Assembly: GCA_905178155.1 (NCBI GenBank)
Contig: CAJINV010000016.1
Span: forward strand, 711,386-775,385
Direction: 5' to 3'
From: Amoebophrya sp. A120
Taxonomy: Eukaryota; Protista; Dinoflagellata
DNA length: 64,000 nt
Both the position numbers and the translations under genes were made by a program. Position 1 is the first letter of the stretch. Each line of letters opens with the position of its first letter. Positions 1-10,027 of this stretch are shown piece by piece. The notes below the pieces were generated by a model that was given only the letters and a program-made list of their open reading frames with translations, did not search any database and was not told where the DNA came from.

Positions 1-1537
1 CCTTCTCCTTACCAAAATGCGACGCCTGGGGCTTTTGGTCGCAGCCTTCTCAAGCATTCGCCCACTGCAATCTACCGACCAGCTGTGTCTGGCGCGGGGA
101 AAAAAGCTGCAGGCGCTACGGCAGTTGGGGACGCTCCGAATTTTTTTTTTTTCGGCCCTATGATTCTTTTGAAAGTGATCCACTTGCTCCTTTGATAGCC
201 AGCTCTACTCATTGGCAAGAGATTTTTGGAAAAGGCATGATCTTGTTCAAAAAGCAAAAGACAACTCGCTCCGATGCAACCTGCGAACTGTACATCGAAG
301 TACGACCCAAACTTGTCGAAGCGATGAGAGCACGAAAAAACCTGTGGCAGTTCTAGTGCAGCTGCACTATTCATCATCATCACTGCTGACGAGTGACGAG
401 ATGAACACCAAACTTGACAACTCGCATCAAGGTGAAACTCCAAACAATTTTTGCCATCGTTAGTACCCTATAGCGTATGTCTACACTAGCCGGAAAAGAA
501 CAGTCGCGCCGTCAATCCCACGACGACGGCCTGGATTGAGGAGCTGCTAAACCGGAATAGTATTTCATCGATTCATAGCGCCACTATTGTCAGTTTGAGG
601 TTGACGAGAGGAAACAGAAGCAGCATCGTGCACAAAAGCGATGCGTGTGTCGTCTTGCTCTTGCATGGCACGGATAGTTCTCTATTTTCGTAGTTTTACC
701 CATGGGTTGTAAATGGAATTAACGACACGCAGAGTTGAAAAAAGTCGAACCGATGCGGTTAGCTCGTGGCTCGTGTAAATATACGTATGTGTAGTTGACA
801 TGCATGTAAGTGCTCGCTCCGTGTGCAGTGTCGTGTCGCTTTTGTGTAAGTATGTTGCCCGCGATGAACTTTGGCGTGCAATTGTTACGTTGAGCTTGAG
901 ATAGAGGAGTAGGGTGAGGCGCGAGAGGACGGCAAAACGCAAAAGGATTTTCGATGTTAGAATACTCGGACCAATCAATGCAGTCGTTCGTGCTCGCTCG
1001 AACAAAAACAAAGTGTTGTTGCATGTAAAAATGATCGATGGTTGCATGGTCTGGCCGTCCTGTGAGATAACGAATGAAAACACTTGTTGTCTATGAAAAC
1101 TTTCCAACCCCTGCCCCCACGGCTCTCTCTTCTCGAATCACTGTAAAAATAGTTCAAACTCCAAGCTTTGCACCGAGGTGGCAAAGTTAAAAGTCTGTCT
1201 CTACTGAGAAGAAAACAGCTCTGTCTGACACCGCAACAACTTCGGTGTTTTCAACAACTCTAACAAGATGACGTCTTTCTACGCAGCTTTCAATGGTCCC
1301 GAGGGGGGTATGGAAGGGAAAAAGTTTCGAAGCTTGCTTTTGCATGTGATAGCTTGCTTGCTTTTGCATGTGATAGTAGGTTAGGTACGACGAAACAGAG
1401 ATGAAAGCTATACTTGGACATTGCATGACTCACGTGCACGTCTTGATGATTTTCATTTTTACATTAATAAGTTTGTGAGTTGTGCTGTAGCAGAATTGGC
1501 ATGCAAAAAATAAATTTTTCCCTCCACACCCGAGACC

Positions 1538-4500
1538 ATGAACAATGCCAACGGGCAGCAAAACTCCACGCGTAATCGTTCGGGGTCCATGGATATGCAT
1601 TGCAAATATGTCTGGGTCTGGAAGGATGTAGCTTGTGATGCGCATTGCACAACACACACAAATCTCTCATGCGTAGGCAGCAAAAGATGCCCATTTACTG
1701 TCACCAAAATAGAGGACTTGTGATGCGGATTAGGCATTGCGGAGTCTTCGTGAAATCTGTGATGGTGTCATGCAAAAACAGGAGCACGACATTCTATTCT
1801 TCCAGACCCAGACATATTTGCAATTCATAATGGACCTGATCGGTTCTTACACGGCCGGGAATGGTGGAAACAACATGAACACGCTGAACAACCCGATTCC
1901 GGGAATGCAGATGAACATGCCGGGCGTCGGGGACTTGAACTCCTGCACTTCCAACGGCCACCAGATGAGCAACCAGCTGAACTCGTGGAACAACGGAAAT
2001 ACGGATGGCAACACGTCGCAGAACAACTTCACGAGCAACAACAAACTCGGGAACAACGCCCGCGCGGGTGGCAACAACGGAATGGTCGCCGGGCAGAAGC
2101 CCAACTGGGGCGGGAATGGAAATGTAGCTTTGTTTAAATTCTACTTCTGTACATGATCGGTTTATCTTGCATGAAACCTCTATTCATGCAGAAGAGTAAT
2201 GAGTGAAACACCGTGAGATCACGACTCATGGCCCTGGGAGAATCAGTATCTGTTGTGACTTTTGCAACCTGAAAATCAATTTATGCATGAAAGGAAACTA
2301 CTAACTTCCGAAAAAATAAAATCCTGTTACTGCAAATCAATTCTATGCTCACAGCAAGCGCTTTCGGCGCAGCAGCAACAGGCGAACACCCAGCGCTCCA
2401 TCCGGAATGGCGAGAATCGCGAACTGCAGGCGAGACTGCGTATGCTGGATCTGATATGAGCATGCACAACTCCCCCCTCCTCCTCCTCAATTCTAGGGCA
2501 TGAACAGCAAGACAAGCGTCGGCAAGAATGCAGGATTCGCACGACAAATATTTTTTCACGCAAGATTGTAGTGCTGTCTGGAACGATACGCGGCCAGAAC
2601 CTGTCATGCGAAACAAAGAGAAAGAGAAAGACTGGACTTGGTATTTTGCATGACAAATTTTTAGGAAGGGGAAGTGGTGCACTCTCATACCTGAACGGGC
2701 TGCAACAGGAGGTGCGGGAACTTCTGCACACGATCAGCACAAAGCAGGCATATCCTGTGCAAAAGTATCGGACTCGTTTCAATTGCAGGCATGCATGACA
2801 AATCTCCCTGCCAAGGTAAAACAGCATGACAAATTTTCAATGTTGCATGCAGGGAAAATTTGTAATGCAATTCAGACTCGTGCGATACTTTTGCACAGGA
2901 TAGGGCGCAGCTCCAAGCGATTTTTGCCGTGTGCTTACCCTTATCGACGGCAAATATGATTTTGTCTGGCTCTGGAAAAAAAAAATGCATGTTGCTGAGT
3001 GTTGCATATGCATGTTGAGATCAGTAAGTTCTACTTCTGTATACCATGAGCGCATAGATCATAAGGTTGACTGTCGTAGGCTTTTGGCGATTCCGTTCGT
3101 ATGACAAACTACCTCGTTCTTTCGCATGACAAAAAAAAGCGTTCTATGTTTTCCTGCATTACAGATTTGGTTCTCTCGTGCTGATTTCGCATCACAGATG
3201 ACATATTTGCAACGCATACGGCTACTCACAGCTGCTGCTCGAAGTGTTGGACAAAGTGGATTCCTGCTTTTTCGAAGTCTGCCAGGACGCACAAGGTGCG
3301 TTTTGTTGTTCTGTTCTGTATCACAAAAACCTGCTTGCATGGAACATCCGCATGACAAAAGACTGTATTTTTAGTAGCCACAGGCGGTCTTGCACGATCG
3401 ACGTGCATGGGCTCCTGCATGACAAACATTCGCATTTGCTCCGCATTGCTTTGAACAAGGCAGAAGATGAGGCTTCTGTGGTCTACCAGCACGACGTGCT
3501 AGTTGTAGAGGATCGGGTGGTTATTTTTTGCAAAATTTTTTATTTACATTCACATTCGCCAGGTGCCACCGCGTTGCAAACGCTGATTGGCGAGACCCAG
3601 CTGGGCGTCCAGTGCAAGCTGCGTATCGCGGGCTGCTTCAACTGCGATCGCGTGCTCACGTTGAGCCAGTGCGCCCACGGCTCCCACGTGATCCGGAAGC
3701 TGCTCTCGTCCTGGTTGCCGGAAGAGGCCTCGTTTCTGTTCCCGCTCATGCGCGCGAACCTGAACGCAATCGCCTGCTCCAAGTACGGAACGGTGGTGCT
3801 GCAGCGATTGGTGGACGCTTTGGTGGCGGAAGACATGGTATCAAAAAATCTGTTCTATCGCCTGTCCTGCCCCACTGTGCATGATAATTTCTTTGCATTA
3901 TTTTCTGTGTTTGACGCTTGCATGACGACGACAGCTTCCTGTGTCTTCTACCGGGGTTTCGTTGGATTCATCGGCATGCTGACATCGGTATTTAGTACTG
4001 AGACAATTTCTGATTCTGTTGCGAAAATTTGCATGGCGGAGAAAATCCAATAAGGAGACCTTTTTATCTAATACTGAAAAAAAAACAGATCGAGGCTTTG
4101 CTTATCGAGATGATCGGCCACGCGGCGACGCTGGCCCAGGATCCGTTTGGCAACTATCTGCTCCAGTACGTGATGTCTTCGAAACACCTGTACAAGTTCC
4201 AAGACCGTGACGTCTTCATCCAGGCCGTGCTGAACGCGCTGCAGGAGGAAGTTTCGCTGGAAACGCTGTGATATCAAATGCAAACATGTCTGGATCTGGA
4301 AGGTTGCGAGAGGACTTCTCATGCTGTTCTGGCATGACCCTTAGCTCTGTATTGCGGGGCCACAAACAGCCTCTCTCGTCTGTCATGCAAAAACGCAGTT
4401 TCCCATGCGGAATACGTAGCACAGAAGCTGCACAAAAAAACTTCTCATGCTTGGCGGCGCATTGCAGTGCATTTGCTATTGACTGACTTGCATCACAAGT

Positions 4501-7500
4501 TTCCAGACCCAGACATATTTGCAATGCATATGTGCTGCCAGAAGTTTGCCTCTAACGTGATCGAGCACGCGCTCTGCATATCCTGTGCAAAAGTATCGTA
4601 TTCGTATAAATGCAAGTCTTGCATTACAAATCTTTTTGTCAAGGTAAATTCGCATCACAAATTTTGACTCTCATGCTGAGGGAATTTGTCATGCATTTAC
4701 TATACGAGTGCGATACTTTTGCAGTTCATACTGCACCGCCGGCGACCGCGTCCGCGAACTCTTTTACGAGGAGGTATGGATTGCAAATCCTATATCTGGG
4801 TGTGGAAGGATGCAGTTTGTCATGCTAAATCTAGATCATGCAAAAATCTGTGTTGCGTGATTCTGAATACCGAAAGCTGACCACTGTTGACCAAGTTGAG
4901 AGGGAGTTTCTCATGCTAGGTCCTGCATTCCAGACCTCGTGGGTCATGTTAAACCTGCATGACAAGCCTCGTAATCTTCCAGCCCCAGACATATTTGCAA
5001 TGCATACAAGGGTTGCACCTACGATTTTCTGAACCGCGTGATCCGGGTATGAGAGTGCACAACTTCCCCTCGTTCTCATTTCTCATGCAAAATACCTAAT
5101 GTACGCATTGCCTCCTCCTGTCACTATTATGCATGACAAGTTCTGCCAGCTCAAAGAGCACTACACTCCTGTCCAAATTTGTCATGCAAAACCTGTATCC
5201 TTGCCGACGGTTGTATTGCTGTTCATGCAACACAAATGAGGGGGAGGGGGAGTTGTGCGCTTCCATACCGGGATCGTTTCGGGAACTACATCGTGCAACG
5301 CGTCCTGGAGCTGAGCAACAACTCGAACAACTCGACCTTCAACGGCCATCAAAACAGCTCCGGGCTGAGCCAGGCTTTTCACCAAAACATGACCATGAGC
5401 ATGATGGGCCAGCAGTCAGGTGGTCACAATTCGAGTTCGAATCAGCTGTTGGCGGCGGCCGGGCAGTTGGCGGGGTTTTCTGCTAACCAGATGTACAATG
5501 CGTCGAACCAGCAGCAGAGCACGTACAACAGCTGCAACCAGTTGCCGATGCAGCTGCCGTCCAATTGTTCCTCCAACACGACGAATCACTCCAACCCCAT
5601 GGCCGGCTCCGGGCAGAGTCCGGGCAGCGCGACCCAGCAAGCGGGGGGAAACATGCCCAACTGCGCGCCGGGCTTCCAGCTGCCCTCCGCCATGCAGTCC
5701 CCGCTCGGCGGCAACGCGGGCGGCATGGCCAATCATCATGGGGGCAACAGCGGCACCAGCTGTCAGCAGCAGACGCAGACCGTGGGGACACTGGGCGCGA
5801 GCTTCTCCGGGGGCACCTTCCAGTACCCGAGCAACTTCGGGTCCACCACGACGGGAACCTCGTCGCCGCTGGACAATGCCGGGTCTTCGTCAGGCGTGGG
5901 GTGCAACAACACCAACTCGCAGTCTACGTACCAGATGTATCCCCAGAAAAAACTACTGTCTCAGAAGTCTCAAACCATTACAGGACACTCAGCAACACAA
6001 CTTCGATCAGCATGACACTCAAATATTAAACCTGTGATGCGCCAGACACAGCACGACGAGAATGCACATTATGAAAGACGCCTTTCATCTTGCATGAGGA
6101 GCATGACAAACAACTGTCTCAAGGGATGTCCGCATTACAAAGTTGAGATTGAGAAAGTTTTTTTGCGCGATAAGATGAGTTTGCCCTCGACGAGCTCCAA
6201 CACGACCTCTCTGTCCTCGAACACGACCTCCGTTTCTGGCAACGGGGCCGCCGTATCACACAGAAAAAAGCAGGCAGGTCACATTTGTAATTCAAAAATA
6301 AATACACAAAAATCTGTATTGCGCATCCCAAACAGCATGCTATGGGGCCGTCCATGACAGATTTTTATGTGTCTTTATTGTTGCATTACAAGTATTCCCT
6401 GCCTGCTTTTTTCTCTGGGACACGCCGGAAACCAGATGTCCGGTTGCGCGGCTGGAGCCAACGCGATGGGGGGTGCAACCGGTGCAGCCGGGCAGACCTT
6501 CGGTGAACCGGTGTCGGCTATCCTGAGTAAAAACGTCCCCACACCAGAGTCAAGTTGGGACGAACTTAGCAACACAAATCCAGGAGTTTTGGGAGCCACG
6601 CATGACAAGCTGCAGTCCGTAGAAGTGTTGTGCAGGTTAGCAAGGCCAGCGGCATCAGAAATCCATCTGCTTATCCTATTTACAGCATTACAAATGTTTC
6701 CAAAACACGACTAGAAATGCCCCTCGTGGCGATGCGCATTACAAGCGTTCCTGTCATTGCAAATCTGCATGACAAGGACGTTTTTACAAAGGATATCGGC
6801 CAAGGTGTGGCGGAACGTGGCGCTGATTCTGACCCAGGACTTCACCATCCCGGTGCGGCCGTATGACGGTGCACAACTCCCCCTCCCCCTCCTTTGTCAT
6901 GCAAAATCCCAAATCGAGGCTCTGCCTCCTGGCACTGTTTGCATGACAAGTTCATCCGGTTGCCCAAATACCACTACACCCCAGTGTAAATTTGTCATGC
7001 AAAACCGGTGTCATGCAAAAGCAAAACCGGCATAATTCTTGCTGATGCTCGTATAGCCGTTCCCGCTATACAAATATGGGCGAGGGGGAGTTGTGCACTG
7101 TGATAGGCCGAAGCTGTTGCGGAAGTTTTTCCCGCACTTGCAGCAGCAACTGAACGCGAACTCGAACGCGAACGGGACGTCGACCAATGGTACGATGGGG
7201 AACAAGTTCGAGCAGTGCGGCAGCATGAGCAGTATGGGCGGTAACAACTGCATGACCAGTGCCGCGGTCGGGTTTGGCAGTGCGGCTGCTGCGACGGCAA
7301 TATGGATTGCAAAAATGTCTGGGTCTGGAAGAGTCATGTTGCTTTTGCATGACACAGAAGGTCTGGCATGGAAGCTCTAGCATCACAGGTTTCGAGAAGC
7401 TCTCGCGATGCCGAATCCGCATGACAGATGCCCCATTTTGGTGCCGGAAAGTGGGCAACTTTTGCTGCCTATGCATGAGAGATTTTTATTTGTTGTGAAA

Positions 7501-7574
7501 TGCGCATCACAAGTTTGCACTCTTCCAGACCCAGAGATATTTGCAATGCATAGGCAACGCCCATTTACAACTGA
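1538..7574 (+). CDS. Pumilio/PUF-family RNA-binding protein, ~760 aa, 17 exons (approx. 1538-1592, 1834-2123, 2355-2453, 2694-2749, 2907-2940, 3223-3295, 3563-3837, 4089-4270, 4535-4577, 4735-4773, 5011-5046, 5272-5936, 6177-6252, 6427-6517, 6800-6860, 7110-7299, 7557-7574)
   Basis: Removing 13 TIR elements (+1 DR each) and 3 GT-AG introns (2124-2354, 3296-3562, 3838-4088) gives an unbroken 2283-nt frame from ATG to TGA. It contains PUF repeat cores QDAQGATALQ, QCAHGSHVIR, CSKYGTVVLQ, QDPFGNYLLQ, CQKFASNVIE and RDRFGNYIVQ, with N/Q/G/S low-complexity flanks. Confidence 0.9.
1594..1829. mobile_element. TIR introner, family A (TATGCATTGCAAATATGTCTGGGTCTGGAAG)
   Basis: 31-bp TIR with 1 mismatch; perfect DR ATGGA; removal restores SMDLIG. 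Confidence 0.95.
2455..2689. mobile_element. TIR introner, family B (TATGANAGTGCACAACTCCCCCTCC)
   Basis: TIRs; DR TCTGA/CCTGA; removal restores LDLNGL. Confidence 0.9.
2751..2902. mobile_element. TIR introner, family C (TATCCTGTGCAAAAGTATCG), 152 bp
   Basis: Perfect 20-bp TIR; DR AGGCA/GGGCG; frame restored. Confidence 0.9.
2942..3218. mobile_element. Degenerate TIR introner, family A
   Basis: Eroded TIRs and DR (ACCCT/CGGCT), but removing element+5 nt restores CLPYSQLLLE. Confidence 0.7.
4272..4530. mobile_element. TIR introner, family A
   Basis: TIRs; DR TGTGA/TGTGC; restores LCCQKFASNVIE. Confidence 0.92.
4579..4730. mobile_element. TIR introner, family C, 152 bp
   Basis: TIRs; perfect DR CTGCA; homologous to 2751-2902. 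Confidence 0.93.
4775..5006. mobile_element. TIR introner, family A (predicted intron 4774-5010 is GT-AG)
   Basis: TIRs; DR GGAGG/CAAGG; frame restored. Confidence 0.88.
5048..5267. mobile_element. TIR introner, family B (opposite orientation to 2455-2689)
   Basis: TIRs; perfect DR CCGGG; restores IRDRFGNY. Confidence 0.93.
5938..6172. mobile_element. TIR introner, family D (TATCnnnnGAAAAAAC-type)
   Basis: Short TIRs; perfect DR AGATG; frame restored. Confidence 0.88.
6254..6422. mobile_element. TIR introner, D-like
   Basis: TIR AGAAAAAAGCAGGCAGG/CCTGCCTGCTTTTTTCT; perfect DR CGCCG. Confidence 0.88.
6519..6795. mobile_element. TIR introner, family E (TATCCTGnGTAAAAACGTCCCCAC)
   Basis: TIRs; perfect DR TCGGC; close copy at 17977-18255. 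Confidence 0.93.
6862..7105. mobile_element. TIR introner, family B
   Basis: TIRs; perfect DR GGCCG; frame restored. Confidence 0.93.
7301..7552. mobile_element. TIR introner, family A
   Basis: TIRs; perfect DR GGCAA; precedes an 18-nt terminal coding exon. Confidence 0.93.
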
Positions 7575-7618
7575 AAGCCTCTCGTGAATGTCGCTGGTTG
7601 TAAATGAGATGGATATCC

Positions 7619-7946
7619 TATCAAAGTGAAAAGTCCCCCCTCCCCATATTGAAACGGAAACTTCTGTTGCTGGATTTGTTTACACAAATCAGCCCTGTCT
7701 TGCAGTGAGGCACTACAGGCAAAGCCTCAGCCTGGGTAGGTGTGTTTTGTTGTAGGCGCTTAGCATAACAGAGCCCTGCCATGTAGGTAAAACAGCATTA
7801 CAAACCGCCTCCATAAGGCGGCGGATTCTTTGGATTTGCCTTCTTGCAAGAGAGACAGGATCTGTGCTCACAAATCAGCATCACAAATTTTTAGGGACAT
7901 AAGTACCTTTTCAATATGTGGAGGGGGGATTTTTCCTCACAGTATA
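7619..7946. mobile_element. TIR element downstream of the PUF stop codon (3' UTR or intergenic)
   Basis: Inverted repeat TCCCCCCTCCCCATATTGAAA / TTTCAATATGTGGAGGGGGGA; exact ends and DR uncertain. Confidence 0.6.
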
Positions 7947-10027
7947 GCAGTTTTGTTGTAGTGCGGAAATCAGTATCAGTTTGTAGCTCAGAGTTAAGAT
8001 GAGTAGACTCAATGTTGTTCACGTGGCCTAGTTGCTCCTCTTCGGAGCGCTCTATGCAGACTAGAAATTGATAAATCTTGTAGAAGAGTAGAAAATAAGT
8101 GTACGATTTTTACAGCTTCAAGAATCTTCACGAAGAGACAGACTCTATGGGCTAGCATTCACCAAAATTGTATGATTCAGTTTCTGTTTCAAAAATAAAT
8201 ATGAAATAAAACTACAACCTCTATTCTTGAGAATACAGTCGTATCCTCTGGATAAAGTTGTGTTTGAAAGCACGAATTTGCAGTACCAGACCTTTGTTTT
8301 GCGTTTACAACTTGCTATTTGACTTTTGTCATCACGCCTACCCAAACAAAAAGTATGAATCTCTACCGACTCATTGTTCACCTCTAGACATCTACCCTCG
8401 ATGAAAATTTAGCTTTCTTTGTTTTGTTTCACCTGATAGCTTCGTTTGTCCAAACGTAACAGCCTACCCGTATCGACAAGAATTCCACTTATGCCCCCCT
8501 ACCGGCTTTCTTTCCGTGCCCCAGCTGCGGGGGAGTTAGTGCTGGTTAGGAATTACCCAAATCTTCTACGTGCTACACAACGAACCTGATGGGTCTTTGA
8601 CTCGTCAGCCCGTTTCTATTTCCTAAAAATAAAAGCGACGCAAGTGTTGGAAGAAAAATTTTATAAAAAAAATGAACAAAAAAAATCTTACTGGGAGTTA
8701 AATACCGAAATATATTTATCTCAATGTACCACTGTATAATCTACTGATGAAGTTCATCATGCGCTGAAATAGAATTCCTCGTGCGTAGCGAATGTAATGT
8801 GCTGTGTACTCTCAACATGTAAAAATTACTGTCTGAACATACGGCGGAAATAAAAGTATGACGCGCTTCCAAATTAAAGTTATTTTGGCCTACTTTTATA
8901 GCAGGCTGATTGAAGCTAGTTGAGAATACAGCAACAGAGGAGAGCAAGCTTCTTTTAGTACGTATGAATAAATCTAACGAAGGGAGTCACGATTACGATA
9001 CAGTTTCCGGAATCTTTATCAAATCGCTTTAAAAATAAACATCAAAACCGTTTCCGTTTCAGTATTACTTTTAGCATCACTCACTTCATCACTTCGCGAC
9101 GTTTCATCGCGAGTGAGTAACTCAGAGTATAACCTTAACTCAAACAGACCAAAACCAATCTCTCAGCAGTTTATCGAGACAAAGTTGTTGTAACCGCTGA
9201 TGCAGCAGTACCCAGATATAAAAAAAAGTGAAAAGCAGTTTTACACTGCTGAGGCGAAATTAAAATCAAGCTCTAGTACCGTTGTCGATATATTGGGTCT
9301 AGAATTTCAGACGGCGCAACGAGGATGAATAAAACAGTAGTAGTAGAGAGCATGATAACTACTACGCGGCGTATATCTACTCACACCTAGAAGGAAGTGC
9401 GATGTTTTTTCGTCCCGATGGTGAAGGCAGACTCAAAACTAATTTTATGGATGGCGTCCATATTGTATTGCAATTGCTGACCAGAAATAAACATCGAAAT
9501 ATCCTGTTGCAGAAATTCGCAATGCCCATAGTATCACGCAACAAATATAGAAAAAAATCAAAAAAAAAGATAAACAAATGTTTTGTAACTACGAAGGAGT
9601 TCGTCGTATGAAAGGGAAAGGAAAAGCGTTTCTGAGTCACTGGATCGTGCATGAAATAAGGGATGCTTAAACGCAGATGACAGGTGATGCGTCAAGATAT
9701 TATGATGTGTAAGAAACTTAACCAGGTCCCTCCTTTCTTTGGGGGGAGGAGGGCCTTCGCTTTTGCATGAAACGTACTTACCTGAAGGAAGTGCAAGTTT
9801 TGCTTTTGACTCAAAAATTGCTTTTGAGCTTCCATATGGCACTCAGACGAAAAATGAACGTGTACAACAGATAATGGGAGGATAAAGCGGGGATCCAACC
9901 AGTATGAAAAAAAAAGATTCTATTTGCAGCAACTGCAGCAGCACGAAAGCGCAGACTGCATAGGTGCTTGTTTATTAGGAATAGGTGTTTAGAGGTACTC
10001 TGAGTGATGTTTCGTCATGAGCGCTGC

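Noticed and set aside
1332-1378. Short tandem duplications (also near 17579-17631 and 45963-46032)
   Set aside because: Ordinary local slippage duplications with no further structure.
2750-2906. ATATCCT/GTATCCT 5' ends as bona fide U12-type introns
   Set aside because: There is no AC/AG acceptor or evident TCCTTAAC branch site, and the same rule holds for families starting NTATG; kept only as a resemblance.
3244-4053. 269-aa ORF as a single coding exon
   Set aside because: It reads through a 267-nt GT-AG intron (3296-3562) and into the next intron; the PUF repeat forms only after splicing.
4089-5310. Idea that this PUF protein binds the introner motif UUGUCAUGC
   Set aside because: Only the generic UGU matches; the predicted C at position 5 does not, and nothing else links them.
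1594-7552. Recurrent ~30-bp repeats resembling a CRISPR array
   Set aside because: The repeats are inverted pairs with irregular spacing inside eukaryotic genes, and no cas genes are present.
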